A DNA stretch of 47,605 nucleotides from Promethearchaeota archaeon. Lineage in GTDB: Archaea; Asgardarchaeota; Lokiarchaeia; Sigyniarchaeales; SOKP01. Below, in pieces: positions 30,295 to 39,796 of this stretch (its first letter is position 1; each line of letters starts with the position of its first letter). The DNA is taken from contig JAFGGO010000045.1 in NCBI GenBank assembly GCA_016930515.1, positions 1 through 47,605 of the forward strand. Reading direction: 5' to 3'. A model generated the notes under the pieces. The model was not told the DNA's origin, did not search any database, and saw only the letters and a list, made by a program, of their open reading frames with translations. A program made the position numbers and the translations under genes.

Positions 30295-31215
30295 CTAAAT
30301 TGCCTCCTCCTCCTTTTCACGCATGTCTGTAAGTTTGAAATTGTAATTTTTTCCCATCATCTGATATTGGAGTCCAATAAAATCGACATCCATCCCCATA
30401 CAATACGCAAGAAGTTGAGAAAGATGGATTACAGGATAATCGTATGAACACCCTTTATTCTTGTTTAAATAATCTTGTCCAGTCTCGAATTGAAGGTGGC
30501 AGAACGGACATATGTCTAATATGAAATCGGGTTTAACTTCGTCAATATTTTTCATTTTTTCTCCAAAAATTGTCATGCTAGATGTTCCATCAAAAGCCTT
30601 TACTCCGCCACCTGCTCCGCAACACGTGAGCTGTTCTTTAAACCTAACAGATTGAACGCCGAGTGCTTCTATGAAGTCTTCAATTATCGTTGGGCTTTCA
30701 GAGCTTTCGATCTCCCGTATCCTCGTTGGTTTGAGGAAATGACACCCATAATGAACTGCTGCCTTAGCGTTGACTTTTCTTACGATAGCATCTTCAATAC
30801 CCCAAGGTCCTATATCGAAACCCAGAACTTCTGCTATGTGTCTAACTTCAATTGTCCCTTGAAACTCATAATCCCCCAATAAGGTTAACTTTTCATTAAC
30901 TATTTTTTTTGCTGATTCGTCTTGCTTGAGGTGTTTATTAACTTCTTGCAAGGTTCCAAAACATCCATTACACACGGTCAAAATATCGGCATCCATTTTT
31001 TCCGCTATGCATATATTTCTTGCAGCGTGTACCATCCAATCAACCTTATTAAACGATCTAAATACCCCTGGAGCGGGACAACACGCTGCTCTTTCCATAT
31101 CCAACAATTCATAACCAAGTTTTTCCATGACGAATTTGGTTGCTTTTTCTATTTGAGGATATCTATTAGGCATAATACATCCTAAAAAGAACGCAAAAGT
31201 CATTTCTCTTGCCAT
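30295..31215 (-). CDS. hdrB: Heterodisulfide reductase subunit B
   Basis: FLGCIMPNRYP, CCPAPG, CNGC, HYGCH, CCGAGGG, CPFCHLQF. Confidence 0.97.
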   Translation of the reverse strand: MAREMTFAFFLGCIMPNRYPQIEKATKFVMEKLGYELLDMERAACCPAPGVFRSFNKVDWMVHAARNICIAEKMDADILTVCNGCFGTLQEVNKHLKQDESAKKIVNEKLTLLGDYEFQGTIEVRHIAEVLGFDIGPWGIEDAIVRKVNAKAAVHYGCHFLKPTRIREIESSESPTIIEDFIEALGVQSVRFKEQLTCCGAGGGVKAFDGTSSMTIFGEKMKNIDEVKPDFILDICPFCHLQFETGQDYLNKNKGCSYDYPVIHLSQLLAYCMGMDVDFIGLQYQMMGKNYNFKLTDMREKEEEAI

Positions 31216-31782
31216 TTATTTATCTTCCTCCTTAATTTTCTTTTTTTCAGGTACTAAATCAAATAAATTTTTTGCGATGTTTTTTAAATCATCGTCTTTT
31301 TCGTCTTTATACTTATATGCCGTAGGAGGAAGTTCTTCCAAACCTAATTCGACCCTTTGTTTTTTAATTGCATCGTTAATGGGGACTGCGTGTCCAGTAT
31401 TTTTCAAGTAACCTACTACCGCCCTATGATTCGGACTTATATTTCCTAGTTTTGTAGCGTAATTTCTTAGTTCTATTATGACATCGGTGGGGCGTACATC
31501 TCTAGGACATCGCTCGTAGCATTGATAACAGGTGGTACATAACCAAATATCTGGATCTTCTAATACACTGAGATCCCCCAAAACAAGTCTCCTTATTATC
31601 GAACGCGTTTTCAGAGCTGTCCATCTGCCACTTTCACAACTGGCGGTACAAGTTCCACATTGAATGCAAGACCAAATATTCGTCTTTCGCTCTATATCCT
31701 TGAAATATTGAGGGTCGAAATCAGAATCAGTCTTATATTGCCTATTTTTGGATTTATTCTCGGTTTCTGATATTCTTACCAA
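31216..31782 (-). CDS. hdrC: Heterodisulfide reductase subunit C
   Basis: CIQCGTCTASC, WLCTTCYQCYERCPR, TGHAVP; the start may be ATA at 31773. Confidence 0.96.
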   Translation of the reverse strand: MVRISETENKSKNRQYKTDSDFDPQYFKDIERKTNIWSCIQCGTCTASCESGRWTALKTRSIIRRLVLGDLSVLEDPDIWLCTTCYQCYERCPRDVRPTDVIIELRNYATKLGNISPNHRAVVGYLKNTGHAVPINDAIKKQRVELGLEELPPTAYKYKDEKDDDLKNIAKNLFDLVPEKKKIKEEDK

Positions 31783-31822
31783 CTCCTTTATATTATTATC
31801 TTTAAAAATAAAAAAAAATAAT

Positions 31823-32239
31823 TTACAACGATACGATCCTTCCGCCTTCGCTCATTTCGAGAAAGGAGGCGGCACCAACAGGATCTTCTACGAAGTCGAA
31901 TAGTTGCTCTCTTTTAATTCCCATGAGATCCATCGTCATTTGGCAGGGGAATAACCTCATACTTCTATTATCGACAGCCTCCTTGATCATGCCCCAAGGG
32001 TCTTCAATACCAAACTTTTTCAACTTCTTTAAGAACATCTTTGCTGCCATTCCCTTCATTGGAGCGGGCATTCCGGCCACTTTTGGTTTGAATTTCTTTT
32101 TTAACAGAAATAATCCCCAAAACGTAAAAAAGAAATTCATCTTGACATCCATGGCATCGCCTGTGGTTCCCAAGATCATCATCATTGCAAATTTTTCAAA
32201 AGATTTGTCTTTTACAATAAAATTAATTGTTTCAACCAT
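31823..32239 (-). CDS. DsrE2-like sulfurtransferase
   Basis: FFTFWGL, PCQMTMDLMG, VGAASFL; ATG 32239 follows GATGTGA. Confidence 0.88.
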   Translation of the reverse strand: MVETINFIVKDKSFEKFAMMMILGTTGDAMDVKMNFFFTFWGLFLLKKKFKPKVAGMPAPMKGMAAKMFLKKLKKFGIEDPWGMIKEAVDNRSMRLFPCQMTMDLMGIKREQLFDFVEDPVGAASFLEMSEGGRIVSL

Positions 32240-32296
32240 ATTTTTCACATCTTCTTTTTTTCTTTGTCTGTTTTTATATTTTAAAAAATCTTTAAT

Positions 32297-32638
32297 TTAC
32301 ATCCAGGATACTATTTTTTCCGAGTTTTCTAACACATCTACTAGATCTGTGTATTCAATTGGCTCGACTTTATCGAATAAATTATCCGCGCTAATTCCTC
32401 GAGCCTTCAAGTCTGGACTCATTGCGAAAAATTTCACGGGTAAGTCGAATAGGTTTTTGATTATGTCATTGAATTTTCTTTTGGAAAAACTAAGAACGAC
32501 GGAATCGTGAATCAAGACCATCCCGATTTTTGAACCGCTTGCAATTTGCTCATTTATTAAAGGAATTATTGTATTCAGGTGATTTAAAGCGTCAGAACCA
32601 TAACCATACAGATAGGTGATATTTATTTTTTCTACCAT
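32297..32638 (-). CDS. DsrH/TusB-like protein
   Basis: VLIHDSV, DLKARGI, IEYTDLVD...IVSW. Confidence 0.85.
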   Translation of the reverse strand: MVEKINITYLYGYGSDALNHLNTIIPLINEQIASGSKIGMVLIHDSVVLSFSKRKFNDIIKNLFDLPVKFFAMSPDLKARGISADNLFDKVEPIEYTDLVDVLENSEKIVSWM

Positions 32639-32654
32639 TTTTCATATTCACCCC

Positions 32655-33023
32655 TTACATGTAAAAACAGGAACTTGCATCATCGATGAATCCTTTCAAG
32701 TCTCTCATGCTAATCACGCTTAAGTTTTCGTAATCAATTAAATCCACTTTTGACAATCCCACCTCTTCTAAAGCCGTATCCAATACTTTCAGCTCCAAAT
32801 CCGATAAGTCCGCCATCTCTAAGGTTTCTTCATAAGAATCCCCCCCTGTGGCCCTTGGATCTGCTTGTTTGTTCAACATATACACAGAATCTCCTGTAAA
32901 TACAATTTTGCAATCCAGTTCTTCTCCAAGACCCATAAAACCAGAACCCAGTCTGATAACTTCGATAGCTGAATTCTTTCCAATTGGGGATTTATTACAG
33001 ATAATTATTACGGATTCAACCAT
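32655..33023 (-). CDS. DsrF/TusC-like protein
   Basis: KSPIG...EVIRL, VFTGDSVY; position between dsrE and dsrH; ATG 33023 follows GGAGGTTGA. Confidence 0.8.
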   Translation of the reverse strand: MVESVIIICNKSPIGKNSAIEVIRLGSGFMGLGEELDCKIVFTGDSVYMLNKQADPRATGGDSYEETLEMADLSDLELKVLDTALEEVGLSKVDLIDYENLSVISMRDLKGFIDDASSCFYM

Positions 33024-33028
33024 TTTTT

Positions 33029-33397
33029 TCAACCTCCTACCCCAAACACAATCAATTTATCCGATTCGTAAGCCCAGTTGGATAATTCTCCGAGCCCTTC
33101 GTCTCTTCCCGTATAAATGAAGCTATCCTCTTTTATGCCAGTCAATCCCACCCAAGTACTGCATCCTGCGATTGGAATATTGTATTTTTCGCTGAATTCT
33201 TCCAATCTCTGCGGTATGTTTCTCGTGGACGCCCCTACATTAATGTCCTTTTTAATATTATATACGCCGCTTCCAAACGTGAAGATCCCCTTAACCAAGT
33301 GACCTTTTTCTATTAGTGCCTTGCATAGATTTATTATTGTATCAGTCGCTTCAAATTTATAGGGTTCCGTGCAGAGTAAAAATGTGTAAGTCGACAT
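33029..33397 (-). CDS. DsrE/TusD-like sulfurtransferase
   Basis: TEPY, GIFTFGSGVY, active-site-position Cys in AGCST, GLGELS...SDKLIVF. Confidence 0.85.
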   Translation of the reverse strand: MSTYTFLLCTEPYKFEATDTIINLCKALIEKGHLVKGIFTFGSGVYNIKKDINVGASTRNIPQRLEEFSEKYNIPIAGCSTWVGLTGIKEDSFIYTGRDEGLGELSNWAYESDKLIVFGVGG

Positions 33398-33424
33398 TTA
33401 TTGCACCTCTTTTTTTAGGATCCT

Positions 33425-33649
33425 TCAGGCTTTTTTTATTATAAACGTGATAATTTCGCCATCTTGATTCGTTTCAACTATTTCATCGCCTGTTTTTTTG
33501 ATGAGAGCGGGAATGTCTTTTAAAGCTCCTATGTCGTCTGCAATCAATTCAATCGTCTGCCCCGTGGTCATATTTTTTAACTCTTTTTTCGTCAATAATA
33601 CGGGCATTGGACATTTCTTACCTTTCGCATTAATAATTTTTTCAGCCAT
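33425..33649 (-). CDS. tusA: TusA/SirA-family sulfur carrier
   Basis: INAKGKKCPMP (CPxP), ADD.GA..DIP. Confidence 0.92.
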   Translation of the reverse strand: MAEKIINAKGKKCPMPVLLTKKELKNMTTGQTIELIADDIGALKDIPALIKKTGDEIVETNQDGEIITFIIKKA

Positions 33650-33696
33650 ATTATTCAACTTTTACGTTTTTTTGTTTCATTTTTTTAGTTTTTTAT

Positions 33697-33715
33697 ATCA
33701 CGAATGTATCGTGAT
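33697..33715. promoter_or_regulatory. Perfect 7-5-7 inverted repeat, putative operator of the tusA-dsr-hdr operon
   Basis: ATCACGA-ATGTA-TCGTGAT, between the TATA-like TTTATAAA (~33746-33753) and tusA. Confidence 0.55.
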
Positions 33716-33913
33716 TTTTTGCTATCTATCACAAGTCAATGGTCATTTATAAATTTATAGCCTAAAAAAACTAATAATCTATAAACTAGATTCAAAAAAG
33801 TAACCCATCCTTTTAAAGGAGTATCACAAAACAAAGGTTTAAATTTTCTTAATTCCTTGATTAATATTAGAAAGTCTTAATCAATATTAAATCAAAAATA
33901 ATGATATCAGATC

Positions 33914-34387
33914 ATGACTAAACCAATGGATTTTATAGACATTGACGATAAGGACAAAAAAATTTTAGATATCCTGCAACACGATGCTAAAACATCACTA
34001 AGAGACATGGCCAAAGAAACGGGACTTAGCACGACTGCGATAAGAGCCAGATTAAACAAGCTTAAAGAAGAGGAAGTGATAAAAAGTCAAATTACCTTGA
34101 TAGACTGCAGTAAATTAGGCTATCGGGAAATGGTGCTGGCTTCTTTAAGGGTTAATTCTTCTCAACCTTTAGATCAAATCAAAAAAAAAATTGACGAGAT
34201 GGAAAAAATCAAATATGCATACATTATTACAGGAGAATATCCACTTTTTCTCATGTTCAAGTGCCTCGACCACGGTGATTCCATAAAACAGATTGAAGCA
34301 TTGAGAAATCTGCCAGGTGTTGAGGAGGTAAAAACGCAAATCGTCCTCGATCGAATCAAAGAAGATCATTCAATAATAATTCCCTAA
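33914..34387 (+). CDS. Lrp/AsnC-family transcriptional regulator
   Basis: IDDKDKKILDILQHDAK HTH, ITGEYP RAM domain. Confidence 0.95.
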   Translation: MTKPMDFIDIDDKDKKILDILQHDAKTSLRDMAKETGLSTTAIRARLNKLKEEEVIKSQITLIDCSKLGYREMVLASLRVNSSQPLDQIKKKIDEMEKIKYAYIITGEYPLFLMFKCLDHGDSIKQIEALRNLPGVEEVKTQIVLDRIKEDHSIIIP

Positions 34388-34456
34388 AATCCATAATTAT
34401 AAATATATTTATCGAATAACCAAAATTGTATTCGAAAACCTTGAAAAAATTATAGA

Positions 34457-34705
34457 TTAGCTTGTTTTTCGTATTTCCAAAATACAATTAAGTATTCCAT
34501 AACCATTTAATCCAATATAAACAATATTAATTATTGCGATACTTAAAACATTGATTGAAAAAGCGAAAATTGCCATTAATAATGATATTAAGATCGAAAT
34601 TACAAGTCCGATTAACCTATAACTCGGTTGGCTTGCTTTCTTACTTATAAAGAAGTAAAAAGCTACGAAAGATAAGATTGTAAAAACCCATTCAATTGGT
34701 TCCAT
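34457..34705 (-). CDS. Small 3-TM membrane protein (possibly PnuC/SemiSWEET-like)
   Basis: Three hydrophobic segments, IEW start, LNGYG end. Confidence 0.6.
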   Translation of the reverse strand: MEPIEWVFTILSFVAFYFFISKKASQPSYRLIGLVISILISLLMAIFAFSINVLSIAIINIVYIGLNGYGILNCILEIRKTS

Positions 34706-34828
34706 TACTAATGTTTAAAATAATTTGTTTTAATCTTCACGATATTCGAACTTTGTGAGATGTTCATAATATGATTGTAAAATACCGTATTTAAATATTT
34801 TCATTAAATTCGAACTAAAAGAATATAT

Positions 34829-35938
34829 ATGTATAAGCATATTCTCCATACAATGATGAATTCAAGAAATGAATTTATTATTGACCAGAAACTTCGCAAG
34901 TACGAAGAATTAATTTTAAAGTATTACACTCAAAGAGCGGAATATAACTTACAGTCAAGGACTTTAGCAACTATGATTGGTTTTTTATCAATTTATGGCA
35001 GCTTAACTCAAACACAGCTTAAAAAATTGACCAAATTTTCAAAATCAACCATATCTACAGGTTTATCAAACTTGATAAATGTAGGATATGTTGTAAAGGA
35101 AAAATTGTTAGGAAAAAGAGAATATAAATATTTCCTAAAATTTAATTCACACGATTCAATTGATGATGCTTTAGGAAGTGTAAAACCAGAAATTTTTTTT
35201 TTAAGACAAAAAATTAGACATCTTGAGACTTTAAAAGCAGAGAAAAAATATGGAGCGGATTTCCTATTAGATAGGTTAAAGGAAGCTATAGAAGTCTTCG
35301 TTTTATATCAAAAAATTGTGGATGATATAAAGAATTCAATAACATCGAATATAGGGAAAAATACCCCGCAAAAAAGGATAAATTTCTCCAAGGGCGATTT
35401 TGAATACATTTTAAAAGATTTTAACAAAGATGTTAAGGAAATTGAGAATGAAACTATCGATTTTTTTAAGTTTCAATCCGCTTATTCCACATTAACTGAG
35501 TTTACACTAATAATATTTGTATATTTTATAACTAGAAAAATTTTAACCCAGAATAAAATAAAAGAGCTTACGGGTTTATCAAATGGCAAAATTTCGCAAG
35601 TGATAAACGAGCTTAAAAAAAAGAGATTTATAATTAAAATTGACAAGGAACACTATAACAAGTGGATTCCGAAACAAATGGAACGCCAATATATCTACGG
35701 AATACCATCAATTAGTGATTCGTTCTTCCTTTCTGGAATTGATTCACTAAATCAAATGTTAAAATGGGAAGAAAAATTTGATAAGATAAAAACCGAACTA
35801 CTTGAAAATAGAATCGAGCTTGAAAAACTTCAAGGTTATGAAAAAATAAAAAAAGCTATAATAAATCTCTTGAATTTAATGGTAGATTACAAAAAAGCTT
35901 CAGAACGTTTTTCCAAATTTTTAAGCATAAATTTATAA
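34829..35938 (+). CDS. Tandem GbsR/MarR-like wHTH regulator
   Basis: Two repeats: LTQTQLKKLTKFSKSTISTGL and LTQNKIKELTGLSNGKISQVI. Confidence 0.8.
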   Translation: MYKHILHTMMNSRNEFIIDQKLRKYEELILKYYTQRAEYNLQSRTLATMIGFLSIYGSLTQTQLKKLTKFSKSTISTGLSNLINVGYVVKEKLLGKREYKYFLKFNSHDSIDDALGSVKPEIFFLRQKIRHLETLKAEKKYGADFLLDRLKEAIEVFVLYQKIVDDIKNSITSNIGKNTPQKRINFSKGDFEYILKDFNKDVKEIENETIDFFKFQSAYSTLTEFTLIIFVYFITRKILTQNKIKELTGLSNGKISQVINELKKKRFIIKIDKEHYNKWIPKQMERQYIYGIPSISDSFFLSGIDSLNQMLKWEEKFDKIKTELLENRIELEKLQGYEKIKKAIINLLNLMVDYKKASERFSKFLSINL

Positions 35939-35949
35939 AAAAACATGAT

Positions 35950-37509
35950 TCATTCGTATTCAATCGTACTTGGTGGTTTGTTCGAGATATCGTATACAAC
36001 CCGATTGAATCCTTTTACCTCATTGATTATTCTCGTGCCAATCTTTTCCAATAAGTTCCAATCTAGCTTTGAGAAGTTTGCAGTCATTGCGTCTCTTGAC
36101 TCCACTACTCGTATGGCGCAGAGGTGTTCGTAAGTTCGAAAATCTCCCATGATTCCTACGGTTTTTACGGGAATGAAAACGCAAAATGCTTGCCATAACT
36201 TCTCGTAAATGTTGGCTTTTCTTATTTCCTCTATGAGAATGTAATCGGCTTCCCTTAATGTATCCAATTCTTCTTTATTTACTGATCCTAAGCACCTAAC
36301 GGCAAGACCCGGACCTGGGAAGGGATGTCTTTCGATTAATTCGCGATCAAGCCCTAATTTAAGCCCGATTTTCCTTACCTCGTCCTTGTAAAGATCTTTA
36401 AGTGGTTCTATGATCTTGAGCTTCATATCGTCTGGGAGCGTTAAATTATGGTGTGACTTGATCTTAGCTGAAGACTTGCTCGTAGCGGCAGTTTCCACTC
36501 GATCAGGGTAGATTGTTCCTTGAGCGAGATGTGTTATGTCCGGAAACTCTTCTTCAAGATGAATGGTTTTCTCTTCAAAGACTTCAATAAACGAATGGCC
36601 TATAATTTTACGCTTTTCTTCAGGATCGCTCACATCTTTTAATCTAGAGAGAAATAAGTTTTCGGCATCGATGTAGTGGAAGTTCTTGAACTGAAGTTTT
36701 TCTTTAAACGTCTCCTGAACTTGCTTTTCTTCGTTTTTTCGTAGTAATCCATTATTAACAAAAATGCAGTGTAATCTGTCTCCAATCGCCTTATGAATCA
36801 AAACGGCAGCAACGGAAGAATCAACACCCCCGCTTAATCCTAAAATGACTTTATTGGTAGTTCCAATTTCTCTATTGATATCCTCGATCGAGAGTTCTAT
36901 CCAATCTTCGAGTTTCCATTCTTTTTTTGATCGGGCGATTTTTGAAATAAAATTCTCTAAGATCTGATTCCCCTTAGGTGTATGGACTACTTCTGGATGA
37001 AATTGTACGCCATAAATCGAATTTGAATCGTCTTGATAAGCCGCAATTGGGCACGTATCTGTTTTAGCTATCGCTTTAAATCCTTCTGGAAGATTTCTAA
37101 CCTGATCACCGTGCGACATCCACACGATTTCCTTATCATCTAGTGCCTCTAGCAATAAATTTGGACTAACAATATTAAGTTCGGTTTTACCATATTCCTT
37201 CTGTTCGTGGGGTTCAATCGTTCCCCCTAATCGCTTGATAATTGTATGGTGCCCATAGCATATTCCTAGCACGGGTATTTTTTCCTCTTTTACAAATTTA
37301 AAGAATCCATCTGGTAATTGAGGACTATTGACATCGTAAACGCTACTGGGTCCACCAGAAAGGATGATCCCTTTTGGTTCTTTTTTTTTGAGTGCTTCCA
37401 TTTTCGTATCAAAAGGGAGGATTTCCGAGTAAACACCCAAGTCTCTTATTCTTCTTGCAATTAAATGACAATACTGACCGCCAAAATCTAAAACGATGAT
37501 AGTATCCAT
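35950..37509 (-). CDS. guaA: GMP synthase, glutamine-hydrolysing, fused GATase+ATPPase form
   Basis: LDFGGQY, GICYG, QFHPEV, SGGVDS, IKSHHN, HPFPGPGL, KPPSTIEYE. Confidence 0.98.
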   Translation of the reverse strand: MDTIIVLDFGGQYCHLIARRIRDLGVYSEILPFDTKMEALKKKEPKGIILSGGPSSVYDVNSPQLPDGFFKFVKEEKIPVLGICYGHHTIIKRLGGTIEPHEQKEYGKTELNIVSPNLLLEALDDKEIVWMSHGDQVRNLPEGFKAIAKTDTCPIAAYQDDSNSIYGVQFHPEVVHTPKGNQILENFISKIARSKKEWKLEDWIELSIEDINREIGTTNKVILGLSGGVDSSVAAVLIHKAIGDRLHCIFVNNGLLRKNEEKQVQETFKEKLQFKNFHYIDAENLFLSRLKDVSDPEEKRKIIGHSFIEVFEEKTIHLEEEFPDITHLAQGTIYPDRVETAATSKSSAKIKSHHNLTLPDDMKLKIIEPLKDLYKDEVRKIGLKLGLDRELIERHPFPGPGLAVRCLGSVNKEELDTLREADYILIEEIRKANIYEKLWQAFCVFIPVKTVGIMGDFRTYEHLCAIRVVESRDAMTANFSKLDWNLLEKIGTRIINEVKGFNRVVYDISNKPPSTIEYE

Positions 37510-37667
37510 GGTTAAGAATTATTTTATATATATATTATGAAATATAAATCTTAATTCCCTTTTTAATTGACTTATTAATTCAAACTAGCTGATAGAGCCC
37601 AATTAACACGATTTTAAAAAAGAAATAAGAAAATTATTTGAATTAAGTCGGTGTTCCCTTATTTCAC

Positions 37668-39578
37668 TCATTTCGTGTTAAGCTTTCCAATTACAAAATC
37701 CAATCCAAGGAATTTTAAAGTTTCTTCTGTTGGAATACCCGTCTCGGGATCCCAGCCTCTTGCTATATAATAGCCACTAAGCATCGATTGAAAGCCCTCC
37801 TCGCTTAAAACATAGTCTTTAGCGGGTCCAATTGTATGCGGTTCTTTAAAGAATCTCTCTGGAGGGTGATCGTCCACCCTCGTCCAACCTTCCCTTATAT
37901 TAAAGCACTTAGAAAGGGTTAAAATCGCCTTGGCACGAGTATAGACATATATCGTATCAGTGTTAAAACCAGTAACCAAATTAAACATTTTAGCCAAATC
38001 GTCTACTTCATAAACACCCCTTGCAAACTTGCACATTATGAGGGAGTCCGTAAGAGTTGAATCGTCTTCTAATCCCACGATAGCCTTTCCTCTCCCAACA
38101 GGGTCGTCGTATTTGAAGCGATCGTATTTTCCCCTAAGGTCCAAACCATAAGCGCTATTTCTCAAGTGACATGCTCCCCGTATTGATACACCCATCCCAA
38201 CGGCAAAAGAACTCATTCCGTGAAGGTCAAAAGCGGGAAGCTCCAACCCCTTAATGTGAATTCCGTAATAACTCGCATTTTTCCGCCCCATTTCCTCCAA
38301 TCTTCTTCCGGCTTCTTTAGTACCGTCTCCAAAAATCTTACCTGCGAAATTTTTCTTGAGACACATTTCTTCGGTAAATTTAACCAATGTATCCGTGGAG
38401 CTGAACGGGAGCTCGTAACCAAGATCTTCCTTTGTGATTAAGCCAATATCGTATAATTCACAGGCCATTGCGGCAGTTGCTCCTCCCGATATGGCGTCTA
38501 TCCCAAAATCATCGCATAATTGAATGCATTTCATAATGCTAGGCCAATCAGTACAACCAGTTGCAGATCCAAAACTATAAAGCATTTCGTGATCGACACT
38601 AACGATTAAACCAGGATATTTCGAGTGTTTTTTAGGTACTTTTGCTAAATGATCACACGCAACGCTACATTGTGAGCACGCCACTTTCTTCACGAGCCAT
38701 TCGTTATTTAATACTTCGGCGTTGAGTAAATCTATCTTATCAAACACGCCTTCTCGGAAGTTGTAAGAAGGTAACATTCCTAATTTACTGTATTTTTCCA
38801 TTCCAGCGGCGGTCCCTAAACCGCGATATTTTATCGTGCGCGGCCCTTGCGTGTCTTTAATGAGTTTCTTTGCAAATTGGTAAAATTCAGCGTTATTAGC
38901 TACTGAAACGTTTTTTGTTCCTCTAAAAGCGATTGCTTTTAAATTTTTAGAACCCATAACGCCACCCATTCCTGTTCGTCCCGCTTGTCTATTTCTATCG
39001 TTTGTGATGCAACCTAAACGGGACATCATTTCTCCCGAAGGTCCAATGCTCATTACGGCTAATCTTTGGTCGTTAAATTGTTCCTTGAGAATCTCTTCTG
39101 TTTCCCAACAACCTTTTCCCCATAAAGTGTCCTTACACGGTACCAAGTACCGATTGTCATCGTCAATTACGAGATACACAGGTTCGGGAGCTTTTCCCTT
39201 TAATACAATTAAATCAATACCAGCTCGTTTGGCTTGAGCGGCTATTGACCCAGAGGAAATAGCAAAACCAAAAAAATGCGTTAAAGGAGATTTTGCAAAC
39301 ACGCCATATTTTGATGAGGAAGGTGCGATTGTTCCAGAAATAGGACCTGTTGCCCACACCAAGACATTTTCAGGACCTAAAGGATCCACGCCAGGTTTCA
39401 GCTCGTCCCATAAAATCTTTGCTGCAAATCCATAGCAACCAATCCATTTATGACAAAAATCTTCGGATATTGAGACCTCTTCAATTTTACCCGTGGTTAA
39501 ATCTACGTTAAGTCTATTTTGCGAATAACCGCCGAGTTTCTTGGTTTCTCCCTTTGATTTTACTAATTGAGTTGTCAT
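37668..39578 (-). CDS. aor: Tungsten-containing aldehyde:ferredoxin oxidoreductase family protein
   Basis: KSPLT, AGRTGMGGVMGSKNLKAI, CSQCSVAC, CDDFGIDAIS, RGACH, DSLIMC. Confidence 0.93.
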   Translation of the reverse strand: MTTQLVKSKGETKKLGGYSQNRLNVDLTTGKIEEVSISEDFCHKWIGCYGFAAKILWDELKPGVDPLGPENVLVWATGPISGTIAPSSSKYGVFAKSPLTHFFGFAISSGSIAAQAKRAGIDLIVLKGKAPEPVYLVIDDDNRYLVPCKDTLWGKGCWETEEILKEQFNDQRLAVMSIGPSGEMMSRLGCITNDRNRQAGRTGMGGVMGSKNLKAIAFRGTKNVSVANNAEFYQFAKKLIKDTQGPRTIKYRGLGTAAGMEKYSKLGMLPSYNFREGVFDKIDLLNAEVLNNEWLVKKVACSQCSVACDHLAKVPKKHSKYPGLIVSVDHEMLYSFGSATGCTDWPSIMKCIQLCDDFGIDAISGGATAAMACELYDIGLITKEDLGYELPFSSTDTLVKFTEEMCLKKNFAGKIFGDGTKEAGRRLEEMGRKNASYYGIHIKGLELPAFDLHGMSSFAVGMGVSIRGACHLRNSAYGLDLRGKYDRFKYDDPVGRGKAIVGLEDDSTLTDSLIMCKFARGVYEVDDLAKMFNLVTGFNTDTIYVYTRAKAILTLSKCFNIREGWTRVDDHPPERFFKEPHTIGPAKDYVLSEEGFQSMLSGYYIARGWDPETGIPTEETLKFLGLDFVIGKLNTK

Positions 39579-39796
39579 GATAAATCCATCCTTATTATCT
39601 TACTTGTTTTATTTCTATTTAAAGGATTCTTTAATCAAAATTTAAGGACCTTTAAATAATTTAAATTCATTTAAGATGAGTATTATACAATTAAGTATGA
39701 AAATGGTTTTTTAATTAAAATTATTCTCCTTTTGAAGTATTAAATGAACAATGTTCTCATACTAAGTACTAAAATTTTCATAAATTCTTTCTTTTT

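Noticed and set aside
31923-32510. 195-aa plus-strand ORF and the other short overlapping ORFs in the track
   Set aside because: They are antisense or alternative-frame shadows of well-supported genes, or low-complexity AT-rich frames, with no recognisable motifs.
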